From the NCBI GenBank assembly GCA_963749155.1, contig CAVVLO010000001.1, forward strand, positions 800,001 through 864,000: DNA of 64,000 nucleotides. Direction: 5' to 3'. Positions 20,641-30,355 of the stretch are shown here, one piece after another. The first letter of the stretch is position 1. Each line of letters starts with the position of its first letter. Position numbers and translations under genes: made by a program. Below the pieces are notes generated by a model that was not told the DNA's origin, did not search any database, and saw nothing but the letters and a program-made list of their open reading frames with translations. Source of the DNA: an uncultured Armatimonadia bacterium. Lineage in GTDB: Bacteria > Armatimonadota > Zipacnadia > CAVVLO01.

Positions 20641-23600
20641 ATGAGATTGCTGCTGGTGTTGTTGCTCTGCTGCCTGGTTACGCTGCCCTGCCTGGCCTAT
20701 GAACGGATGGCGGCGTGGCAGGATAGCCTCGTCGAGATGGCCGATGGCTTCCCCTACGCGGCGCTGGTGACCTATGACAACTCGCGGCCCGACCAGCCGA
20801 TGTGGCTGCAGCAGGTGACGCTGGGCAAGCTGCTTGTCGGGCTCAAAGTGGGCGAGCGAGTCGAGTGGTGGAAAGAGGCCGAGGTGACAGTCCTGCCCGA
20901 GGGCCTCGTGGCAACCGGGAGCCTCGCCGGGGCGAAGCTGACGCTCTGCGCTGCTGCCGCTGATGACCGACTGGCGAGACCTCGCCTGGCAGGGGGGAGC
21001 GCTCTACGAGCTTACAGTCACTGGGGCGCCCGCCGGGGCGAAGCTGCTGCTGGCCTGGGGCGGCACCAGCGTGGACGATGTGCTGCTGACCGATGGACGC
21101 TACAGGGCGATCCAGGATGAAGGCTTCCCCGCCGCCAAAGGCGATGAAGTGACAATGTCCGGCGACTGCGCGCTCATCAGGCAGAGTGGCTTCAAGGCGA
21201 TTGTTGCGGCCTTCCGCGTGCCTGGGCAAGCCCCGCCGTAGCCACCGACCTGCCTGGCCTGCCCAAGCTGGAAGGGCCTGTGGCGCTGGTCGAGATTACC
21301 CCTCCCAGTGGAAAACTGAGCTTGCTTGCGACCTTCGCCGAGAGCCAGCAGAACGCGCTCAAGCTGGCCAACCTAAGCCCCGAGGAGGAGCTTGCCAAAA
21401 CTCGCGATTACTATTCTTCGCTGGTGGCTTCCGCCGTCTGCCAGACAGGCGATAAGGCGATTGATGAGTGCTTCACCTGGGCGGCAATCAACCTCGACTA
21501 CAACTGGTATCGCGGGATCGGCTGGGTAGAGTCCATCCACCACTGGGTGACGATGTTCACGCAACTTTTCATCCCCGCCGCCGACCACCTGGGGCAGGCC
21601 GACCGCAGCAAAGCCTGCCTTAAGGTCCATCTCGAGCAGGCTCTTGGGCAGGATGGGCGCATGCTGAGTATGAACCTGACCAAGAAGCCGTGGACGGCTT
21701 TCGGGTGGAATCAGTATTTCTTCGATAGCCTGGGTCATTATCTGCGCTGGACGGGGGATGTGGGATTCGCCAAAGAGGCACTGCCAGGCGTCAAGCGGAT
21801 ACTGGCCAACACGCGGGAGCGCTTTGATGCGGACGGCAACGACCTCCTCGGGTGGGAGCAGCAGATAGGCTATCAGGAAGATTATGTGATGGCGCCGCGA
21901 GATTCCGCCTCGGCGACGCTGAACTGGATCCGGATGAACGAAGTGGGCGAACTGGTGGCGCGCCTGGCGGGCGATGGGCAACTGGGGCTAAAGTGCAGGC
22001 AGAGCCGCGAGCGCGCGGAGCAGGGGCTGAAGGCTTCCCTCTATGACGGGGAGCTGGGCAGGTTCGGGGATTGGCGCGATGGGCTGGGGACGCTTCGCCA
22101 TGAGGGCGCCTGGCACACTTTCGGCTGGCCGGTGAAGCAGGGGACCCTGACGCCAGTCGAGGCCTGGGCGGGGCTCGAGCACTTTCGCGCGGCTTTGATG
22201 AGCGAACGCGGATTGCCATATCTCTCGCAGCGCTTCCCTGGCCATCCCCCTCACACAACAGGCTGCCAGGAGGGAGACCTGCAGGCGCTGGATGTGGCGC
22301 TCTGCTTCGCCAAAGCGGGCGATCCGGACCAGGCAGCGAGCATCATAAAGGTGTTCGCGGACTTCACGATGGCCGCGCCCTGCCTGGGCAGCTTCACCGA
22401 GACGATAATCCCCTGGCCGACGTGGTTCTCGCCGCCCGCAGCGCTGTATGTAGAGGCGGTTACAGAGGGCCTTTTCGGTGTCAAACTGGACAGGCTCGAG
22501 GGTCTACTGACAGTTTCGCCCTCCCTGCCCGAGGCCTGGCCCGAGGCAAAGCTGAGCCTGCCGGATTATGACCTTTCTATCGCCCAGGCAAAGGGGCGCT
22601 ATTCGCTGGAAGTGTCGGCAGAGGGCTTCGAGCGCGCGCGGCTGGCGCCCTGGCTTCCCCCTGCAGTGGTGAAGTCGGTCAAATATAACGGCCAGCGCGT
22701 ACCCTTCGCCGTGGAGGCAGGAGTTGGCCGGATTCAGCTAATTGTCGAACAGCCTTTCTCTGGGAAGGCGCGCCTTGAGGTGGAGTGTTCGCCAGTTGAT
22801 GCTGTGAAGCTGGCGCCGACCGAAGCTTGCCCGGGGGAAGAGCTTTCAGTGGCGCTGCCAGGATGCCAGCCGGTGGAGCTGTATGACCCGGCAGGGGTCT
22901 TCGAGAGCAGCCGGCTGGAGAAGGGCAAGCTCAGCGGGCGGCTGCGCGGCAACCTGCTGGACCTGGCCCACGAATACGGGCAGATGGGGAAGGCGGTCTT
23001 CTCCGACAGGACCCCGCTGGTGCTGGTAGAGCAGGAGGGGGCCCAGTACTGGGTGGCGCTGCCGCTGCGACTGGCTCCGGCGGTCGAGGTGCGGCCTGAC
23101 TGGGATGTGCGGCGCAACAGTGACGACCCCGAGGCCGGTTATACACTGGGCCTCACTGTCGCAAACAGGACCAGTGCTTCACTTGACGCGCTGGATATAA
23201 GGTGGCTTGGCGAAAGCTTCCACAAAAGACTCTCCGTCATACCGGGGAAGGAAGCGCGCCTCGAGTTGCTGCTTTCCTGGGAGCAACTTGCTGCAGCCTC
23301 GCCAGGAGTGAATACACTGGAATGGAGCGTACCGGGCACGCGCTACGGTGGCACTGAAGCGGCCTGGGTGAAACGTCCAGCCGAGGAGCTGCCGGCGCTT
23401 GCCGAGGACTGGGCAGGGCGCTGTGAGCCGGTGAAACTGCCCGCCGAGAGCTTGCGTAGCAGTAAGGACTGGCGGCAATGGCGAGAGTTCGACGATGGAG
23501 GGCATCAGCCCTGGGCCAGCTTGAAGGAGCCCCTTGAAGGCCTCGTCGCCGATGAACAGGGGCTGGTGAAGCTTTCGGCCTCGAACGGGGTCGCCTTCGA

Positions 23601-24492
23601 ACTCGAGGCAGGCAAGCTCGCGCCGGTGGGTTACCAGTGCGGGCAGCCAGCCTTGAAAATTCCGGTGGGCAGGCAGTCGGCGAAGCTGTATCTGCTGGTG
23701 GCAGGACTTCTCACCAACGAGGACAGCTATGCCCCAGTGGCGCGCGTAACGGCCCAATCTGGGCGCATAACGCTCGCCAGTCGGGTGCTGCACTTCCCCG
23801 GCGATCTGGACTGGTGGTATCCAGGCTCTCGAGTCGGCGAGTATGCGAGCTTCGGCACAGGCTGGAGCAAGGCAACCGCCCTCCAACTGCCCGAGGCGGT
23901 CGCCTCGGTGATCGAGCTGGAGTTGCCCTATCCAGCGCAGGTAGACTGGGTAGAGATAAGCGCGCTCGCAGAACCTGCAACACTAGGAGTGCTGGCTGTA
24001 AGCACTTTTTGCGAACGGCAACAGACCATCGGGCAAAAGGACTGGCTGGCTGGCGGGACGCTGCTGGTGGAAGATTTCGAAAGCGGGACGCTGGAGGGCT
24101 GGACAACTGCTGGCGAGGCCTGGACGGTTGGGAAGTCTTATCAGGTGCACGCCAGGCACGGTCAGGGAGAGTACTTTGCCGATTCTCTTGGCAGAGGCGA
24201 GACTTTTACTGGCGCGCTGACCTCGCCGCCTTTCACAATCACGGGCAAACGGCTCACCCTGCTTGCGGATGGCTGGCGAGCTGGCGGGCTTAACTGGTTC
24301 GCGCTGAAGGACGCCGAGACGGGGGAGGAGCTGCTGCGCATCGACCCGCCCGACCACACGGGCGAGTTTGTGCCACTTGGTGCCGATGTGACAGCCTTTG
24401 AAGGGCGCAAGGTGGTCTTCGAGGCGGTGGACGGCGCAACGGCTACTGCCTATGCCTGGCTCGCTTTCGACAGGTTAAGACTGGAAGACTAA
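20641..24492 (+). CDS. large secreted putative (alpha/alpha)6-barrel glycoside hydrolase, about 1280 aa (frameshifts near 20950 and 21235)
   Basis: Signal peptide MRLLLVLLLCCLVTLPCLA; HYLRWTGD, DADGNDLL, EAVTEGLFGVKLD, VSPSLPEAWP; C-terminal EDFESGTLEGWT...GALTSPPFTI module. Confidence 0.7.
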
Positions 24493-24527
24493 AAAAAAAG
24501 GCGCTCCCTCGGGAGCGCCTCTCTTTT
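24493..24527. terminator. bidirectional intrinsic terminator
   Basis: A-run, AGGCGCTCCC-tc-GGGAGCGCCT, CTCTTTT between convergent genes. Confidence 0.85.
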
Positions 24528-24546
24528 GCTGCTGGTCCTGGTTACT

Positions 24547-25555
24547 TTATTCTACCGGGGCCGGAAGCGTCTTGCCGGCCGCGGCGGATTTAACGGCGGT
24601 CTCGAGCAATGCGATGACCCGGCGACCATCCTCGGCGGTGACCTCCAGCGGGGTGCCCTTCGACAGGTGGCTCGCGACGTCGCGATAATAGGCGTGCCAG
24701 TCGCTGTCCTTGTACTTCACCTTGGCGGTCATCTTGATGCCGTCTACCTCGCGCAGCAACTCGAACTCGCCGCCCCAGCTATCCACGATGGCGCCCTTGG
24801 TACCCAGGATGCGCCAGCGCGGCTTGGTGGCCATTGCGATGTTGCTGGTCTCGAGTGAGGCGACTGCGCCATTCTTGAACTTGACGATGGCTTCGACGTG
24901 ATCCTCGTTGGTCACATCGTTCCAGACCAGCTTGTGCACGAAACCAGTTATGGACTCCATCGGGGCTTCGATGAAGTGGAGCACCCAGTCCGAGAAATGC
25001 GCGCCCCAGTCATACATCGCGCCGCCACTTATTTCCTTGCTTGGCGCGCCACCAGGTGCCCGGATGGCTGTAGCCGCCGAAGAAAGCCTCGACCTTGAAG
25101 ACGTCGCCGATGAGGCCTTTCTTGATGACCTCCCGGATGGTCACGAAGTCGCCATCCCAGCGCCGGTTGTGGAAGACTGAAAGCATTACGCTCTGCTTCT
25201 TTGCCTCGGCGATCATCTTGTCGGCTTCAGCCACGGTAATGCACATTGGCTTCTCGAGGATGACATGCTTGCCGGCCTTAAGGCACTGCAGGGCAACAGG
25301 GCCATGCAGGTTGTGAGGCAGGATGAGGATGCAGGCGTCTACGGCAGGATCGGCAAGGCACTTCTTCACGTCGGTGTAGAACTTGCTTGCAGGGAAATCC
25401 TCGAGGGCGACGGCCTCGCGCGCGGCGTCTACATCGCAGACGGCGGCAACTTTGAACACGCCGGTGGCTTCGGCAGCCTGACCATGCAGACGCCCCATAT
25501 TGAAGGCGCCTCCGTAACCGATGAGGGCAACTCCGAACAGCTTCTTCTTTGCCAT
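24547..25555 (-). CDS. Gfo/Idh/MocA family oxidoreductase (one frameshift near 25040)
   Basis: IGYGGAFNMG, GKHVILEKPM, FHNRRWDGDF, GGAMYDWGAH; AAGGAG RBS before ATG 25555. Confidence 0.9.
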
Positions 25556-25598
25556 AACTGGACACTCCTTCGAAGGCGATTGTGGAACCGGGGGCGAG

Positions 25599-25625
25599 AT
25601 TCGGCGGGGCAAGCCCCTTTCCTCC
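25599..25625 (-). promoter_or_regulatory. putative SigH-like promoter GGAGGA-N16-CGAAT
   Basis: TCCTCC 25620-25625 and ATTCG 25599-25603 on +; upstream of the Gfo/Idh gene. Confidence 0.5.
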
Positions 25626-25666
25626 AAGGAAAGGCGCTTTCCTGCAAGGAAAGGCGCTTTCCTGCA
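25611..25666. repeat. 20-bp tandem repeat, about 2.8 copies, internally palindromic
   Basis: aagcccctttcctccaagga / aaggcgctttcctgcaagga / aaggcgctttcctgca. Confidence 0.85.
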
Positions 25667-25671
25667 GACAA

Positions 25672-26271
25672 TCAAGAAGCTGGATGCAGGGAAATTGTAA
25701 CGTTCAGGACTTGCTCGAGCAGACCTTGCTTCAACTCACCGCCCATAAGGTTATAAGCAAGCGAACTCTTTCCAGAGGCGGTGATTACACATTGACCTGG
25801 GACAGGAAAGCTGACTTCGAGCTGCTCAACGGCGGCGTTGTGAGGCCGGTCGAGGCCATCAGCCAGACGAAGCAGAGCAGCAAGGGCCCTGACTCGCTGC
25901 TGGTCATCGGGAGAAAGGTCGGCGTAGAGCTTGTGGGTTAAGGCAGGTTCCGACTTGCGGTGATACCGGGCCAGGTTGGCAAGCAACTGCCGCTGGTGGT
26001 CGGAAAGGCCTGGCCAGTCGGCTGCCAGGATGAGGTCGCGCGCGACTTTGTTGTGGGCGGATTCACTTAGAGGCACACCGATATCGTGTATAAGAGCGGC
26101 GGCTTCGAGCAAGGCCAGGTCGGCTGCTTCAAGACCGAGCTGGGCTTTGAGCTGGCTAGCGAGTTGCATGGCAAGCTGGGCAACCTGGCGCGAATGCCGC
26201 TCTTCGGCACCACTGGTAAGCAGGAGTTGCTCAGCGCCGGCAGTAAGCAGGTCGTCAGCAAGGGGCGTCAA
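25672..26271 (-). CDS. stand-alone HD-domain protein (Ppx/GppA C-terminal type)
   Basis: HSRQVAQLA, AALIHDIG, HNK, LARYHRKSEP, ALLRLADGLDRPH; TTG start with AGGGAG RBS. Confidence 0.8.
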   Translation of the reverse strand: MTPLADDLLTAGAEQLLLTSGAEERHSRQVAQLAMQLASQLKAQLGLEAADLALLEAAALIHDIGVPLSESAHNKVARDLILAADWPGLSDHQRQLLANLARYHRKSEPALTHKLYADLSPDDQQRVRALAALLRLADGLDRPHNAAVEQLEVSFPVPGQCVITASGKSSLAYNLMGGELKQGLLEQVLNVTISLHPAS

Positions 26272-27166
26272 GTGAGATGCTCCCTTACTTCGGCAGCCAG
26301 AGTGCCTTCTGCAAGCCGCCTCAGGACGACAAGAGCCTGGGCAGTATAGTCCCGGCGCGCGAGCATCAGCCTCGGCAGCGGCCATAAAGAGCGCAGCCTG
26401 GTTGGTTCGGGCAGCTTTGGCGCGTTCCTCGAGGCGAGCGCGCAGCACTTCCCAGTCCCGGGCCAGTCCCATCAGTTCCTGCAGTTCTGCTACCTCGTTG
26501 CGCAATCGTCCGGCTGCGGCCGATAGGACCGGCAGCCAGGGTTCGAGGGTGTATTTGACCCTTTTGGCGAGAAGGCGCCGCTCGTGGAAGGCCACCGCAT
26601 CCACTTCCAGTAGAGCCAGGTCAAGGCCATCGAAAAGACGTAAAAGACGTTTGGAAAGCTGCCTTCGGATGGCACTTTTTAGAGACGGAGCCTTCTTTTC
26701 CTTGCGCAAGAGGCGACAAAGGGCATGAATCCGGGGCGAAAGCTCCTGTTCAGCAGTGGAAAGGGCTTCCGGAAGGCGGCAAAGGGCAGCGTTGCGTTCT
26801 TCTCGAAGGGCCAGGTCAAGGCCTTTCAAAGCCCTTTTCAAGTCAGGATGGGAGGCGACAAGCTCGGTCAGATGGCTTTTCATAACGTCCTGGTCGCGGA
26901 TGGGGCCAAGTCCATCGTTTAAAGTCTGCACGGGTCGAAGAGCGAGGGTGTAAGCCGCTTTGGGCGCCCAGCAGCGAGCAAAGCGAAGCACCTCGCGCAA
27001 ACGTTTGGAAGCAACCCTGGGCATCGTGGATGCCTTCAATATCGCCTGCACTTGCCAGCACAAGCTGGTCAGAAAGCTGAAGCAAATGGGTCTCGAGTGA
27101 GAGCGCTGCAGCTTTACTGGCATCCAGACCAGGACTTAAGCCTTTGGTCTTTAACGGTTTGGCCAT
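26268..27166 (-). CDS. CHAD domain protein (polyphosphate-binding); two frameshifts near 27020 and 26360
   Basis: IEGIHDA|RVASKRLRE, LGPIRDQDV, FHERRLLAKRVKYTLE, LQELMGLARDWEV; corrected stop overlaps the HD start (TTGA). Confidence 0.85.
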
Positions 27167-27176
27167 AAGTCTTCCC

Positions 27177-28547
27177 TCAACAGGTGACGTGGACCAGCAG
27201 GGCCTTGGTGTCACGAGAGGAGTTAAAGGCATGAATGGCCGCGGGTGTGGGCAGGGCAGTAAGCTCTATGCCTTCCTCCTCAAGCAGGTGGCGGGCTTCC
27301 TCTGTGACACTCAGGCCATCGTTGTAACCAGTGCCAACGAAGACGCGCCTGGGGCGCGGCTCGAGCACGCGGCGGACTTCATCCGGGCCCAGCATATGAG
27401 AGGTGCCGAACTGCTTGCGCGAAAGCTTCTTGTCTCTCTTCTTTACGGTGCCATCGGCGAAGACGTAGAAGTCTTTTTCAACCAGCTCCCCGTTAACCTC
27501 AATGCGCCCAAATCCCGCCGCATCGAGGCGCGGGTAGGGGGCGACATGCTCGCCGAAATCGTAGGTAGCGCCGGGGACAGGTTCTCCGAGTTCGAGGCGT
27601 AGCTGTACCATAGCGCCAAGCGCCACGGCATCTTCTCCGAGTTGGGCGCGCTCCAGGAGGACCTTTTCTGGAAGCGCTATTGGATCGGCTTGCAGTTGGG
27701 CCAGGAGCCGGGGCAGCATATAGTCACCGATGGCTTCCCAGATACCCCCTCCCAGCACGATTACATGGGGATCGAAACAATGACGCAGGTCCATAAGCGC
27801 CATCCCAAGCTTATGGGTGGCCCTTTCGATGAGCGGCAATATAAGAGGATCCTGCTCTGCGATGCCGGCGCGAAGGAGATCGCCAAAGGCGTGAGGCGCC
27901 TTGCTGGTCAGCGCGGCAAGGCCCGGATGGCTTGCTTTGGTGAAGGCGGCGCGAAGGTCGCGTTCGAGAGCCCATTTACCGGTATAGGCTTCGACGCAGC
28001 CCTTGTTGCCACAGGTGCATTGGGCGCCATCAGGCTCCACACAGATATGCCCAAACTCGCCCGCCATACAGGTGGCGCCGATTATGGGCCGGCCTCTAAG
28101 TACGATACCGCCCCCGAGGCCGGTGCCGATAAATACGCCAAGAACCAGCTCCTGGCCAACGCCTGCGCCAAGCCAGGCTTCAGCCAGGGTGCCCAGGTTT
28201 ACATCATTGCCAACGGTAACCGGAACACCAAAAACATCGCTTAGCTGCTGGCCAAGGGGCAGGCGGTCAAGTTCCAGATTGTGAGCGGCTTCGACGACGC
28301 CAGTGGAGGGATCCACCAGACCAGGCATCCCAACGCCTAGCCCTCGAAGGGGGCGATGAGTAACTTCCTGTCTGGCGAGAAAATCCCCAAGGGTCGAAAT
28401 CAGAGCGGGAGTAAAGCCTTCCTGGCCCTTGGGCGTAGCCCACCTGGTCGAGGCCAGCTTGGCGCCCCCTCGGTCATAGAGGTTGCACAGGGTCTTCGTG
28501 CCCCCGATATCAAGTGCCAGGTACAGAGGCGATTCGGATTGCGGCAT
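27177..28547 (-). CDS. ROK family sugar kinase fused to a C-terminal Mth938-like (DUF498) domain
   Basis: LDIGGTK, GNDVN, IGTGLGGG, GEFGH, CTCGNKGCVE; C-terminal FGRIEVNG...KDF, FGTSH, FVGTGYNDGL, LPTPAAIHAFN, LVHVTC. Confidence 0.88.
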   Translation of the reverse strand: MPQSESPLYLALDIGGTKTLCNLYDRGGAKLASTRWATPKGQEGFTPALISTLGDFLARQEVTHRPLRGLGVGMPGLVDPSTGVVEAAHNLELDRLPLGQQLSDVFGVPVTVGNDVNLGTLAEAWLGAGVGQELVLGVFIGTGLGGGIVLRGRPIIGATCMAGEFGHICVEPDGAQCTCGNKGCVEAYTGKWALERDLRAAFTKASHPGLAALTSKAPHAFGDLLRAGIAEQDPLILPLIERATHKLGMALMDLRHCFDPHVIVLGGGIWEAIGDYMLPRLLAQLQADPIALPEKVLLERAQLGEDAVALGAMVQLRLELGEPVPGATYDFGEHVAPYPRLDAAGFGRIEVNGELVEKDFYVFADGTVKKRDKKLSRKQFGTSHMLGPDEVRRVLEPRPRRVFVGTGYNDGLSVTEEARHLLEEEGIELTALPTPAAIHAFNSSRDTKALLVHVTC

Positions 28548-28680
28548 CCGGGCTCCTCCAAGCCGCGCGTTTATCGTTTGGTGCAGTGTTTTACTATTAT
28601 AAGCGGCTGGCAGGCTTTGGCAAGTGAAAAGGGGCCGGCCTGGGAGGGCCGACCCCGGAAAGTCAGGTTATATCGGAGGC

Positions 28681-29520
28681 TTATTTTTCCATAAACTCGG
28701 AAAGGAAAGCCTTTAGCGCATCGAGCATAGAAGTTTTTTCTGCGCCGACAGGGGCTTCGTTGTCCTCGTAATCACGCGGGCCTGTCATCATCGGGGCCTG
28801 GTCCACGAGGCGGGCGATATCAACACTGCCCGGCACCATATCTGCAACTACCGGGGCAATGCCTCGTTTGAGTTCGCCAAAAACTTCGCTAACACTACAG
28901 GTCGCATCTATTACGGTGCCGTTATACTCGGCTGACAGCCGGTCATATTCAGCGAGCAGAAGAGACTGATATTTGACGAAAGCCTCAAACATCGTACGCT
29001 CGTGGAAGATGTCCATCCCCGATTCCCAGTAGTCGAAACCACCACTTGCAAGCACGCGCGGGACCAGAGCTTCGAGGGTAGGTTTCAGGTAGAAGATGGC
29101 TTCGGGTTTGAGGGCGAAGCCATAAAGCCGCTTCAGCCACTCTCTATCCAGGCCCCGGACTGCAGACCGGGCCATCAGCGAGTAAATATAGCGGTCTGTC
29201 AAGACCACGAAACCTGCGCGCAAGGCAGGGATGACCTGATTCTCAATGCGGTCAGCGAAGTCAGTGGCATAGAAAAGACATTGAGTTTCGCGGCCCATTG
29301 TATGGCCTTGTTTGGCTTCCTGGATATGCTGTCCGGCAAGCACTGAACGAGTAAAGCCCGTATCGAAGACCGCCAGACCCGAACTTTCGAGCCAGCGTTT
29401 GACTAGCTGTGCCTGGGTGCTGCGGCCAACTCCGTCAGTGCCCTCCAGGGCGATAAGCTTGCCTGGGAACTCCTTTTCGGTAAGGCCTGGGAAGGGCGAA
29501 CCATAGGTCTCAGCCTTCAT
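28681..29520 (-). CDS. thymidylate kinase-like P-loop protein, copy 2
   Basis: GKLIALEGTDGVGRSTQ, ATDFADR, LTDRYIYSLMAR; alternative start 29529. Confidence 0.85.
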   Translation of the reverse strand: MKAETYGSPFPGLTEKEFPGKLIALEGTDGVGRSTQAQLVKRWLESSGLAVFDTGFTRSVLAGQHIQEAKQGHTMGRETQCLFYATDFADRIENQVIPALRAGFVVLTDRYIYSLMARSAVRGLDREWLKRLYGFALKPEAIFYLKPTLEALVPRVLASGGFDYWESGMDIFHERTMFEAFVKYQSLLLAEYDRLSAEYNGTVIDATCSVSEVFGELKRGIAPVVADMVPGSVDIARLVDQAPMMTGPRDYEDNEAPVGAEKTSMLDALKAFLSEFMEK

Positions 29521-30224
29521 TGTTACCATCTCCCGGCCCGTAACTGATGATGGAATCCTTGGGGCGCTTCAGGAGGCCCTTCAGATGAGGTTTCACCAGT
29601 TCGCGCACCTGCTCCTGCTGCTGAGAAATGGGCAAGGTGCCATCAATAACCGTCAGGCCGTATTCTTCTACCATCCTGTCATATTGTTCGAGGATGCGTC
29701 CCTGGAAGAGCGTAAAGCTCTCGTAAGGGTCATCCGAGAGGCCCACGTCCAGCCCCGCTTCGTACCATTTGAGCTCAGGTCGCCCAACGAGGATGCGCTC
29801 GAGGGCAACTTCCAGAGGCACACGGAAATAGAAAGCGATGGTGGGCTTTACGCCAAGGGAATAGACAGAGCGCACCCAGTCGGGATCGCAACCGCGCGCT
29901 ACGTCTCTGGCGAAGGCTGTGAACATATAGCGGTCCGCAAGCACGGCCGCGCCGGCCTCAAGAGGCGGCTTGATATTCCGCTCGGTCCGATCCGCGAAGT
30001 CAGTCGCGTGAATAAGGCTAAAGGTGAGCGGAGTCAGCAGGTGGCGTTTTTTGCCACGCGAGGTGGTGCGTTTCGACCAGCGGCGAGGAGTTCCACTCGC
30101 TGAAAAAAACGCTGTAACCTTCGGAATAGAGCCACTTGTAGAGAAGGTCGCACTGGGTACTCTTGCCCGAGCCGTCGATGCCCTCCACGATGAAGAGCTT
30201 GCCCTGGTATTCGCTGGCTTCCAT
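29510..30224 (-). CDS. thymidylate kinase-like P-loop protein, copy 1 (one frameshift near 30072)
   Basis: GKLFIVEGIDGSGKSTQ, EWNSSPLV, HATDFADR, LADRYMFTAFARD. Confidence 0.85.
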
Positions 30225-30355
30225 TGCTGGGGTTCACCTGCCCCTTGGGGATGCTGATATGTTATCTCTAATGAATATCACACTTACCGAGCTTTGCCAA
30301 ACACGAGAGATACTTGACGAGCTACTTCGCTCGGAGAAGAATAGCCGGAGATATT

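Noticed and set aside
25672..27123. 483-aa CHAD-HD fusion in the ORF track
   Set aside because: Both the N-terminus and the linker are out-of-frame text; two single-base deletions give a CHAD gene from ATG 27166 whose stop overlaps an RBS-equipped TTG start of the HD gene
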